A stretch of DNA of 64,000 nucleotides from an uncultured Chloroflexia bacterium (GTDB lineage: Bacteria > Chloroflexota > Limnocylindria > Limnocylindrales > CSP1-4): positions 1,002,052 through 1,066,051 of the forward strand of contig CAWABV010000008.1 in NCBI GenBank assembly GCA_963780375.1, written 5' to 3'. The notes below the pieces were generated by a model that ran no database searches, was not told the DNA's origin, and saw nothing but the letters and a program-made list of their open reading frames with translations. Position numbers and translations under genes: made by a program. This document shows, in pieces, positions 44,565-53,061 of the stretch (position 1 is its first letter; every line of letters starts with the position of its first letter).

Positions 44565-45242
44565 TCAGTTCGGGGCGGACGCGCCGGGGCGACCGCCTCC
44601 CTCGAGCGCGGCGCGGAGTGCCGCCACGTAGCTGGATTCGGCCGGGCGGTGGCGCTCGACGGCCGCGACCTGGTCGGTCGCCGTCGGCGGCTCGAAGCGC
44701 AGGTGCGCGTAGTAGCTCGCCGTCCCATAGATCATCGCGTACCAGGTGCCGGTCTTGTGGCTGATGCGCTTCAGGGCGGCGACGGGCAGGTAGCCGTACG
44801 CCTCCTGCGTCGCCTCGAGGATCGGCAGCAGCTGCGCGGGATCCATGTCGTAGTCGTCGAGGATGCGGTCGACCTCAGCCATGTCGAGCGGCTCGTATGG
44901 ACGGAACGCGGGATCCGGCACGGGTCGGCCGGACCGGCGCAGTGCCGATTCCTCACGCCGCTCGCCGTACGTCTCGGGTGCTCCCCAGTGGACGTGGTAG
45001 CGCCCGCGGGTGTCGATGCCGCCCATGTCGATGCACTCGATCGGGCAGGCCTGCGCGCACTGGAAGCACGTCTCGCACTTGAGCGTGCCCCACTCGTCGT
45101 AGAGCAGCTGGAGGCGGCCCCGGAACTTGTGCGGAACGTCCAGCCGCACCTCCGGGTACATGATCGTGGCCTTCGGCTCGAAGAAGCGCCGCAGGGTCAG
45201 CGCCATGCCCTTGGCGATGCCGAGACCGGGGACGAAGCTCAT
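44565..45242 (-). CDS. fusion of a truncated NuoI (single Cx2Cx2Cx3CP motif) with the N-terminal helical domain of NuoE; no NuoE 2Fe-2S thioredoxin-like domain
   Basis: N-terminal half: MSFVPGLGIAKGMALTLRRFFEPKATIMYPEVRLDVPHKFRGRLQL...KCETCFQCAQACPIECIDM, matching NuoI up to its first motif. C-terminal half: ILDDYDMDPAQLLPILEATQEAYGYLPVAALKRISHKTGTWYAMIYGTASYYAHLRF, matching the NuoE N-domain (compare T. thermophilus Nqo2 ...LLRRVQQEEGWI...GVASFYSYYQF). Neither the second CxxCxxCxxxCP nor the 4-Cys N1a motif appears in any of the three minus-strand frames. Confidence 0.7.
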   Translation of the reverse strand: MSFVPGLGIAKGMALTLRRFFEPKATIMYPEVRLDVPHKFRGRLQLLYDEWGTLKCETCFQCAQACPIECIDMGGIDTRGRYHVHWGAPETYGERREESALRRSGRPVPDPAFRPYEPLDMAEVDRILDDYDMDPAQLLPILEATQEAYGYLPVAALKRISHKTGTWYAMIYGTASYYAHLRFEPPTATDQVAAVERHRPAESSYVAALRAALEGGGRPGASAPN

Positions 45243-45245
45243 CGC

Positions 45246-46592
45246 CTAGCGACCCAGGACCACGATCGCGCCTGCCGTGACGAACAGGTTGAGCAGCGAT
45301 GCCGGGAGCAGCCACTTCCACGCGAAACCCATCAGCTGATCGACGCGCACCCTCGGCAGGGTGCCCCGCATCCAGACGAACGTGAACACGAGCGCGTACG
45401 TCTTGAGCATGAACCAGAGGATACCGGCCACCCACTCGAGCCCGATGTACGCCCACGCCACGCCGAGCGTGACGATGAACACGTTGGCGAGCACGAACCC
45501 GATGAGCAGCGCCTGCCACCACTTGATGCGGGAGCTCAGCAGCCAGAACGGCGCGGCGAACAGGAGCGTCAGTACGACCGGCGCGAGCGACAGGATGAAG
45601 AGGAGGCCGACGTTGAACGACGCCGGATCGAGGCTCAGCTGGACGTGCCACGCGTCGGGGATCGCGAACGGCGCGTTCCATCCGCCCAGGAACAGCGTCA
45701 CGAACAAGGCCGAGATGATGAACACGTTGACGTACTCGGCGAAGAAGAAGAACCCGAACCGCATGCCGGAGTACTCCGTCGCGAACCCCGCGACGATCTC
45801 GGAGTCGGCCTCGGTCAGGTCGAACGGCGTGCGATTGGCCTCTGCCGTCGCGGCGATGAAGAAGATCAGTGCACCGAGTGGCTGCTGGAAGATGTACCAG
45901 TCGGTGAACCAGCCCTGCTGGTTCTCGACGAGTGTGTTGAGGCTCATCGTGCCGGCCAGCAGCAACAGCCCGACGACCGACAGCGTCAGCGGGATCTCGT
46001 AGCTGACCACCTGCGCGGCGGCGCGCAGCCCGCCGAGCAGCGAGTACTTGTTGTAGCTCGACCAGCCGGCCATCAGCAGGCCCACGACTGATAGGCCGCC
46101 GACGGCGAAGAAGTACAGCAACGCAAGGTTGATGTCGACCCCGAACAACCCCGGCGCGAACGGGATCACGAGCAACGACATGACGCTCGCGAGGTAGACG
46201 ACCACCGGCGCCCACGTGAAGACCACGGAGTCGGCGCCGGTCGGGGTGAAGTCCTCCTTCATGAGGACCTTGAGCCCGTGGACCACGGAGAGCAGCGACC
46301 CGAACGGCCCGACCCGGTCCGGTCCGATCCGAAGATTCATCAGGGCGATGATCTTCATCTCCATGTAGATGATCAGGAACGCGGTCGGGATCGTCATCAC
46401 CAGGATCACCGTCGCGGCGACCACGAATCGGACGATCGGCAGGTTCGCCGCCAGCGTGTCGACTGCCAGCTGCCCGAACGACGTGATCAGGATGATGAGC
46501 GCCGCCGTCGCGACGACGAGCAACGGGACGACGATGAACAGGAATTTCCCGGGCAGGGTCAGCCGGTCCCAACCCCGCGAGATGACGGTCAC
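45246..46592 (-). CDS. nuoH: NADH-quinone oxidoreductase subunit H
   Basis: GTG at 46592. ...IIALMNLRIGPDRVGPFGSLLSVVHGLKVLMKEDF...AEYSGMRFGFFFFAEYVNVFIISALF... is an ND1-like sequence. Confidence 0.9.
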   Translation of the reverse strand: MTVISRGWDRLTLPGKFLFIVVPLLVVATAALIILITSFGQLAVDTLAANLPIVRFVVAATVILVMTIPTAFLIIYMEMKIIALMNLRIGPDRVGPFGSLLSVVHGLKVLMKEDFTPTGADSVVFTWAPVVVYLASVMSLLVIPFAPGLFGVDINLALLYFFAVGGLSVVGLLMAGWSSYNKYSLLGGLRAAAQVVSYEIPLTLSVVGLLLLAGTMSLNTLVENQQGWFTDWYIFQQPLGALIFFIAATAEANRTPFDLTEADSEIVAGFATEYSGMRFGFFFFAEYVNVFIISALFVTLFLGGWNAPFAIPDAWHVQLSLDPASFNVGLLFILSLAPVVLTLLFAAPFWLLSSRIKWWQALLIGFVLANVFIVTLGVAWAYIGLEWVAGILWFMLKTYALVFTFVWMRGTLPRVRVDQLMGFAWKWLLPASLLNLFVTAGAIVVLGR

Positions 46593-46725
46593 TTCGAACT
46601 ACCTTGCGTGGAGTCCGGCGAGCCGAGGCCAAGGCGACCGCGAGCACCCAAGCGAGCGTAGCTTGAGCTACGTGAGCGCCGGGGCGCAGCGGTCAACGCA
46701 GGGATCGGCCGTCGGGCGACACGCC

Positions 46726-47994
46726 TCACTTATCGACGCCGCCCATGATCGGGTCGAGTGACGCCATGATCGCCATCGTGTCTGCTACGAGGTGGCCCGG
46801 CATCATCAGTCCGACCGACTGGAGATGCAGGAACGACGGGTCGTGGATCCGCATCCGGAACGGCTGGTCCGTCCCGTCGCTGATGGCATACACGCCGTAT
46901 TGCCCGCGGGGGCCCTCGATGCCCGCGTAGGCCCGCCCGGGCCGCGGCCGAAGCAGCCGCGGCAGCTTGGCCATGACGGGACCGTCGGGCATCTGGTGGA
47001 GGCACTGGTCGATGATCCGCAGGCTCTGCTTGATCTCGTCCATCCGGAGCAGGTAGCGGGCGAGGCAGTCGCCCTCCTGGCGGGTCGGGATGTCGAAGTC
47101 GAGCTCGGGATAGATGCTGTAGGGGTGCGCCCGGCGCATGTCGAACGGCACGCCGGTCGCCCGCAGGTTCGGGCCGCTCATCGTCATCCGCAGCGCGGTC
47201 TTCGAATCGATCTTGCCGAGGCCGCGCATCCGGCGCACGAAGATCTCGTTCTCATTGAGCAGCGTGTTGCCGGCTTCGATCTGCTCGGTCGCGTGGCTCA
47301 TCCACGTGCCGAGTCGGCTCATGAACTCGTGGTTGAGGTCGCCGTTGACTCCGCCGATGCGGAAGTAGTTGAACAGCATCCGCTGGCCCGTCAGCGATGC
47401 GAGCATATCGACGATCTCGTCGCGTTCGATGAACGACCACAGGATCGGCGTCAGGCCCCCGAGATCGAGCGCCATCCAGCCGAGGAACAACGCATGGCTG
47501 GCGACCCGGTTGAGCTCCGCTGACAGCACGCGGATGTATTCCGCGCGCCTGGGCACTTCCACGTCGAGCAGCTTCTCGAAGGCCATCACGCCCGGCCATT
47601 CGCAGAACAGCGAGCTCACGTACTCGAGCGGGTCGAGGTAGCAGATCGCCTGGTGGTAGTCGGCGTTCTCGCACAGCTTCTCGACACCTCGATGGAGGTA
47701 GCCGAGCACCGGGTCGAGGTCGACGACCTTCTCGCCGTCGAGCTTGAGGACGACCCGGAGCACGCCGTGGGTCGACGGGTGCTGCGGGCCCATGTTCAGG
47801 AACATCTCGCCGTCCCGCAGCGTGTAGAACTCGGCCTCGCGCTCCGTCCGCGGCGGGTAGGGCGGGACCGGCTCGAAGACGCCGAGGTCACGGTCGAGCT
47901 TGATGCGCGGATCGTCGGGCTCGCCCGCGAAGGCATCGTCGCCGAGATTGGTCGTATGGGTCCAGGCGTCCGATCGGGGGGTCGTGGCGGTCAT
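46726..47994 (-). CDS. nuoD: NADH-quinone oxidoreductase subunit D (49-kDa)
   Basis: ...NMGPQHPSTHGVLRVVLKLDGEKVVDLDPVLGYLHRGVEKLCE...RIHDPSFLHLQSVGLMMPGHLVADTMAIMASLDPIMGGVDK. Confidence 0.9.
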   Translation of the reverse strand: MTATTPRSDAWTHTTNLGDDAFAGEPDDPRIKLDRDLGVFEPVPPYPPRTEREAEFYTLRDGEMFLNMGPQHPSTHGVLRVVLKLDGEKVVDLDPVLGYLHRGVEKLCENADYHQAICYLDPLEYVSSLFCEWPGVMAFEKLLDVEVPRRAEYIRVLSAELNRVASHALFLGWMALDLGGLTPILWSFIERDEIVDMLASLTGQRMLFNYFRIGGVNGDLNHEFMSRLGTWMSHATEQIEAGNTLLNENEIFVRRMRGLGKIDSKTALRMTMSGPNLRATGVPFDMRRAHPYSIYPELDFDIPTRQEGDCLARYLLRMDEIKQSLRIIDQCLHQMPDGPVMAKLPRLLRPRPGRAYAGIEGPRGQYGVYAISDGTDQPFRMRIHDPSFLHLQSVGLMMPGHLVADTMAIMASLDPIMGGVDK

Positions 47995-48003
47995 CGCGGA
48001 TCC

Positions 48004-48558
48004 TCAGGTGCCGGCGGTGATCCGGCGTGGCGAGCTCGTCTGCGGGAGCTCGCTCGGCACGTGCGTCCGCTCCATCGGTCGGACGCCGGCGCCGGGTGAC
48101 CGGGCGGCGTCGTCGGCGAGATAGAAATCCTTCCGGAGCGGAAAGCTCTGGTAATCGGGGGGCATGTAGATGCGCCGCAGGTCGCGGTTGCCCTCGAACG
48201 TGATCCCGAACATGTCGTAAGCCTCGCGTTCCATCCACTCGGCGCCCTTCCACATGAAGGTGACCGAAGGAACGCGTGGGTCGTCGCGCGACAACCCGTC
48301 GGCGATGATCCGCAGCCAGTCGGTGGTGGTGGGACTCCACAGGTGGTAGACGACCTGCATCACTTCGCCCGTGTCGACGCCGCACAGGTCGGCGAGGAAC
48401 TCGAACGCGAATCCCGGTTCGTCGTGGAGCGCGGTGATCACCGGCACCACGTCGCCCGCGGCGATGCGGATCTCGGTCTCGTCGTGGCGCTGACGGATCG
48501 GCCCGGTCAGCTGCTCCTCGAAGCGCCGCTCGAGGCGAGCCTTGAATGCACGGTCCAT
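48004..48558 (-). CDS. nuoC: NADH-quinone oxidoreductase subunit C (30-kDa), not fused to D
   Basis: ...[38 protein letters not shown]...[25 protein letters not shown]. Confidence 0.85.
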   Translation of the reverse strand: MDRAFKARLERRFEEQLTGPIRQRHDETEIRIAAGDVVPVITALHDEPGFAFEFLADLCGVDTGEVMQVVYHLWSPTTTDWLRIIADGLSRDDPRVPSVTFMWKGAEWMEREAYDMFGITFEGNRDLRRIYMPPDYQSFPLRKDFYLADDAARSPGAGVRPMERTHVPSELPQTSSPRRITAGT

Positions 48559-48559
48559 G

Positions 48560-49342
48560 TCAGACCTGTGCGGGGACGGTCGGCCCGATCGCCCGCTCCG
48601 GCCAGTGGCCGCGACGATCCTTGACGAGCTGTTGGAGCTTCATCATCCCGAAGATGAGCCCTTCGGGCCGCGGCGGGCAGCCAGGCACGTAGACGTCGAC
48701 TGGCATGACCCGGTCGATCCCCTCCACCGTCGAGTAGCTCCGCTTATACCGGCCACCGGAACAGGTGCAATCGCCCATCGCGACGCACCACTTCGGTTCA
48801 GGCATCTGCTCCCAGAGGCGGACGAGTGGTCCCGCCATCTTCGTCGTCAGCGTGCCGGCGACGATCAGCACGTCCGCCTGGCGCGGGCTGGCCCGGAACG
48901 GGAACATCCCCCAGCGATCCATGTCGTTCTTCGATGTCGCCGCCGACATCATCTCGATGGCGCAGCAGGCGAGGCCCGACAGGAGCGGCCATAAGCTGTT
49001 CATCCGGATGAGGTCCAGGACGTAGTCGGCCTTCGTCGGGATGACCTCAAGGGGACCGCTCCACCGCGCGTCGTCACGGCGGCCCGCCCCGCTCGCCTCG
49101 ATGTCGGCGAGGTGGGTGATGGTGGTCGGCTGGTCGCCGTCGTACGCTGCCGGGTCGATCGATCGCCAGAGCGTGTTGGGCACGACGATCGGCGACATCA
49201 CCTCGTCGCTCGGTCGCGTGGCAGGCAGCCCGGGCTGGGCCGGAACATCCGATGAGATCTGGGTCGCGTCCGACGATCCACCAAGGCCGTCGGGATCGAC
49301 GCGGTGATCGTTCACCGCCATGTGAGAGCTCCCTTCCGCCAC
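48560..49342 (-). CDS. nuoB: NADH-quinone oxidoreductase subunit B (PSST, N2 cluster) with an ~80-aa N-terminal extension
   Basis: [10 protein letters not shown]...[44 protein letters not shown]...[13 protein letters not shown] carries the canonical N2 ligands. Confidence 0.9.
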   Translation of the reverse strand: MAEGSSHMAVNDHRVDPDGLGGSSDATQISSDVPAQPGLPATRPSDEVMSPIVVPNTLWRSIDPAAYDGDQPTTITHLADIEASGAGRRDDARWSGPLEVIPTKADYVLDLIRMNSLWPLLSGLACCAIEMMSAATSKNDMDRWGMFPFRASPRQADVLIVAGTLTTKMAGPLVRLWEQMPEPKWCVAMGDCTCSGGRYKRSYSTVEGIDRVMPVDVYVPGCPPRPEGLIFGMMKLQQLVKDRRGHWPERAIGPTVPAQV

Positions 49343-49677
49343 GCGTACGCGAGGCCGAGCAACAGGATCAGAACGAACAAGACCATGCTGATGAACAGCC
49401 CGGCCGGGTTCAGGGTGGGGTCCTTGAAGACGATCGCCCAGAGGTAGATGAAGATCACCTCGATGTCGAACGCCACGAACAGCAGCGCGTAGATGTAGAA
49501 GGACAGCCCGAAGCGGCCGTGGGTGTCGCCGTATGTGTCGATGCCTGACTCGTAGGGAAGGCCCTTGTGCACGTCACCCTTGTTGCGATGGGAGACGAGC
49601 CACGCCGCGGCGATCGTCAGGAACACGAACGAGACGCCGGCGAAGGCGAAGCCCACGACGTACCAGAGCTGTTCCAA
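49312..49677 (-). CDS. nuoA: NADH-quinone oxidoreductase subunit A
   Basis: Three TM helices: ...YESGIDTYGDTHGRFGLSFYIYALLFVAFDIEVIFIYLWAIVF... It is the first gene of the operon. Confidence 0.85.
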   Translation of the reverse strand: MEQLWYVVGFAFAGVSFVFLTIAAAWLVSHRNKGDVHKGLPYESGIDTYGDTHGRFGLSFYIYALLFVAFDIEVIFIYLWAIVFKDPTLNPAGLFISMVLFVLILLLGLAYAWRKGALTWR

Positions 49678-50099
49678 TCGAACTCCCTTCGGGACCGTTC
49701 AAGAGGCGGCGGGCACGGGCGTCTCCGTGGAGTCGCCACGCACGTTCATTCTATCAGCGGGCACCGTCCGGCCGGGGCAGCGGCCCGGGTGGGAAAGGGT
49801 CTCCGACCCGCGGTTCTGCGGGCCTGCGACGGGGGCAGAAAGGGCAGGGCCGGCTGGGGGTCGACCGGCCCTGGGGATCAGCAGGATGCCCACGGATCGA
49901 CAGAGGAGGAGGCGCCGATCCGGATCGGTCGCGCGTTACCGGCGGTGATGTCATCCGACACCGCTGGCACCGCTGCGGGGAGCGCGACGCGCCGAGCGCG
50001 CGTGCAGGTTCGCGTCGCGCTCCCCGTCGCGATGCGGTCGTGCGACGACCATGTGCAGCGTGACGGTCCGCCGTCCGCTGGGGCAATACGGCATTCGCC

Positions 50100-51293
50100 C
50101 TAGTCGGGAGGCGCGTCCCGCCGCGTCGGCAGCCGATAGTCGAGCAGGCGGAGGGTGCCGCCCTCCGGCCAGCCTCGCCCGAAGACCATGACCCGGAACC
50201 GGCCCATCGCCGCCGGATCGAGCAGTCGCATCAGGCTCGAGCGCAGGAGGGCGTACTCCTCGATGGTCGTCGCCGGGTCCGCCTGGACCTCGCGGAGGCG
50301 GTCCTCGATCCCGAGACCCATCAGCGCCTCGGCTTGCGTCGTGATCCCGACCGTCGTCAGACCGGCGGCCACCGCGGCGCGTTCGACGGCCGTCACATCG
50401 ACGTGCGCGGTCAGGTCCTGCCGACCGACGAACCGGTACGGATCGTCCGATACCTGGTGCCGAACGTAGGCTCGGAGCGTGCCGTCCCGGCGGCGGACCG
50501 GGTCGTACAGCTCACTCGCCGGCGCCCCATAGTCGATCAGGATGAGCAGGCCGCGCCGAAGCGCGGCGGCCGCCGTCGCGATCCAGTGGTCAACGGCCAG
50601 GGCGATCTCGGCCGTCTGGCCATCGATGAGCTGCACGCCCTCGACAGCGAGACGCTCCGCGAGAGCCGGCGTCGACGGCGCGATCTCGACCTCGGCGAAG
50701 TCCCCGTCCGGCCCGACGTCCACCGCGAGCTCTCGCAACACGCCGCCGCGTCGGCGGACGCGATGGACTGGCAGCGCGTCGAGGACCTCGTTCGCGATGA
50801 CGACGCCGTCGAACGGCTGACCCACGGCGAGCTCGAAGGACCGGTCGGCCAGGCCGGCCTCGGCCAGGCGCTCCTGGAGCGTCGCCAGCCGTCGCCCGTC
50901 GATTTCCACAGCGGCGTAGCGGATCGCCGGCGACAGGGCGCGGAGGAGCGGGACGGCGAGTGCCCCTTCGCCGGCGCCGTGCTCCTGGACGACGAACCCT
51001 TCGGGCCGTGCGAGGGCCGTCCAGGCGTCATCGACGGCCCCGGCCAGCATCTCGCCGAAGATCGGGTGCAGCTCGGGTGCGGTGACGAAGTCGCCGGCGC
51101 GACCCGGTCGAGCATCGGCGGATCGGTAGTAGCCGCCTTCGGGGTCATACAGGGCGAGGTCCATGAAGCGCGCGAAGGGCATCGGCCCCGCGGCGCGGAT
51201 CTCCTCACGGATGCGGGCCGCGAGTCCCGGATCCTCGCGGAGGTCCGACAGGTCCGTGGGGGCATCCCGGCGGATCCCGGGCTGGAGCGGCAT
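50100..51293 (-). CDS. MidA/DUF185-family class I SAM-dependent methyltransferase (homolog of the mitochondrial complex I assembly factor NDUFAF7)
   Basis: ...GYYRSADARPGRAGDFVTAPELHPIFGEMLAGAVDDAW...VVQEHGAGEGALA... matches the FxTxPE(L/I)sxxFGE MidA signature. It ends ~420 bp upstream of the nuoA start on the same strand. Confidence 0.65.
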   Translation of the reverse strand: MPLQPGIRRDAPTDLSDLREDPGLAARIREEIRAAGPMPFARFMDLALYDPEGGYYRSADARPGRAGDFVTAPELHPIFGEMLAGAVDDAWTALARPEGFVVQEHGAGEGALAVPLLRALSPAIRYAAVEIDGRRLATLQERLAEAGLADRSFELAVGQPFDGVVIANEVLDALPVHRVRRRGGVLRELAVDVGPDGDFAEVEIAPSTPALAERLAVEGVQLIDGQTAEIALAVDHWIATAAAALRRGLLILIDYGAPASELYDPVRRRDGTLRAYVRHQVSDDPYRFVGRQDLTAHVDVTAVERAAVAAGLTTVGITTQAEALMGLGIEDRLREVQADPATTIEEYALLRSSLMRLLDPAAMGRFRVMVFGRGWPEGGTLRLLDYRLPTRRDAPPD

Positions 51294-52126
51294 CAGTGCC
51301 CGATGCTAGCCCGCCGCCCGAGAGCGAGCGGCAGGCCCGGCCCGACCAAGGTGTGGCCACCGAGCAGGACGGGAACCCGGGCGGTGGCCGCCGATGCCGT
51401 CATGGCGCGGAGCCACGGATCCGTCACCCGATCGTCGAGCAGCAGGTCGGAGGCGAACCGGTCCTCCGCCCGTGGCCAGCCCGCCTCGTCCGCGCCGAGA
51501 CGGTGCGCCAGCAGGACGCGGGTATCCACGATCGCCGCGTCGCCGAGCCGGGCCAGGTGCTCACCGAGAGAGCCTGGCCCGTCGCGCTCCAGCAAAGCCG
51601 CGAGAACTGATGCCGCCGGCCGCTGGTCGGGGCGGCGCGTCCGGAGCCCGCGCTCCTCGATCAGGGCACGGGTCCGTGAGGCGGTGTGGGCCTCGAGCCA
51701 GGCCAGGTTCGCGGCCGAGACGCGACCGGTCACCACCAGCTCGGCGCTTGGATCGGCGACGACGACCCGGATGGCATCGATCGCGCCCTGGAACCGCGCG
51801 ACGTCGGCCTCGTCCAGGTGGCGCCTCCAGCGGCCACCGAGCAGTACGAGATCGACCGGTCCATCGATGTCGACACCGAGCCGACGACGACCCCGCCGGT
51901 CCTCGACCGGCACGCCGGCGACCTCCTCGAGCCAGCGCGGGAGGGCGTTGTCGGCGTCGAGGTCCGGCACGCCGGCGAGCACCGCACGGGCGCAGGCGAT
52001 CGCGATGACGTCCCCCGAATAGCGATTGTTCGTGAGGGCGCGAGGTCGCGGCGAGGCCGCCGCGGCGACCAGCTCGCGTCGATCCGCGGCCCTTGCCAGC
52101 GGGATGGCCCCCGAGCCCATGACCAC
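51293..52126 (-). CDS. hypothetical protein (277 aa), co-oriented with and overlapping the midA-like start
   Basis: An ORF with coding-like composition and a 1-nt overlap with the downstream gene. No confident motif assignment. Confidence 0.4.
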   Translation of the reverse strand: MVMGSGAIPLARAADRRELVAAAASPRPRALTNNRYSGDVIAIACARAVLAGVPDLDADNALPRWLEEVAGVPVEDRRGRRRLGVDIDGPVDLVLLGGRWRRHLDEADVARFQGAIDAIRVVVADPSAELVVTGRVSAANLAWLEAHTASRTRALIEERGLRTRRPDQRPAASVLAALLERDGPGSLGEHLARLGDAAIVDTRVLLAHRLGADEAGWPRAEDRFASDLLLDDRVTDPWLRAMTASAATARVPVLLGGHTLVGPGLPLALGRRASIGH

Positions 52127-52425
52127 AAGACCGCCGTCGCCGAGCCTCCTTCGCGAGGGTCCGCAGGCGCGCCCCGAACGAGATGCCGTCTCGCGAGCCG
52201 GCGACGACCCCAGCCCTCGCCGCCCCCGCGCCGAGGAACCCCCGGCGATGTCGTTCTGCGGCCTCGAGGCGCGCCGAGGCCGTCGCGCGCGTCAGCGGTC
52301 CGGCGTCCTCGCCCGGCTCGACGTGGAGGATCGCGACGTCGACGTCGATCACGGGTCGGCGATCCTTCGCAGAGGTCGGATCGTGCCCGGATCGAGCGTC
52401 ATCGCCGGATAGTAAGGTGGCCTCG

Positions 52426-53061
52426 ATGAGCGCCCGCCGACGCGTCCGCGCGTATATCGGTCTCGGCGCGAACCTCGGGGACGCCGCGGCGACGCTCGGC
52501 GACGCCGTGCGCGCGCTGGGGGCGCTCCCGGGTATCCGCGTACGGGGGGTTTCCAGGCTCTACGCCACCGCACCGTGGGGCGTCACCGACCAGCCGGAGT
52601 TCCACAACGCCGTGGCGGCACTCCAAGTGACCCGCCCGTCGGCCTCATCCGACGCCCAAGCGGATGCGCTCCAGCTCCTGGCCACCCTCAAGGGCATCGA
52701 GCGCGATGCTGGCAGGCAGGCGCGGTCGCGCTGGGGGCCGCGTGAGCTCGACCTCGACCTGTTGCTGTACGGCCGCCACCGCATCAACGTCGGGCGGCCA
52801 CCGGGTGCCCGGTCCGTAGATGCCGCCGTCGACCCGGGAAAGGCCGCGAAACGGCTCGAGGTCCCGCATCGCGATCTCGGGCAGCGGCTCTTCGTCCTCG
52901 CCCCGCTGGCGGACCTCGCTCCGAGGCTCGTGCCGCCGGGCTGGACCGAGACCGTGGCGACTCGCCGCGACGAGATCGCACGGCCCGAGCCACCCGGAAG
53001 CGTCCGCGTCGTCGGGGAGTGGGATCCTTCGTCGGGCCGCTGGCGGCCGACCGGCGACTGA
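52426..53061 (+). CDS. folK: 2-amino-4-hydroxy-6-hydroxymethyldihydropteridine pyrophosphokinase
   Basis: ATG at 52426. RAYIGLGANLGDAAATL...VSRLYATAPWGVTDQPEFHNAVAALQ...RWGPRELDLDLLLYG are HPPK motifs. Confidence 0.8.
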   Translation: MSARRRVRAYIGLGANLGDAAATLGDAVRALGALPGIRVRGVSRLYATAPWGVTDQPEFHNAVAALQVTRPSASSDAQADALQLLATLKGIERDAGRQARSRWGPRELDLDLLLYGRHRINVGRPPGARSVDAAVDPGKAAKRLEVPHRDLGQRLFVLAPLADLAPRLVPPGWTETVATRRDEIARPEPPGSVRVVGEWDPSSGRWRPTGD

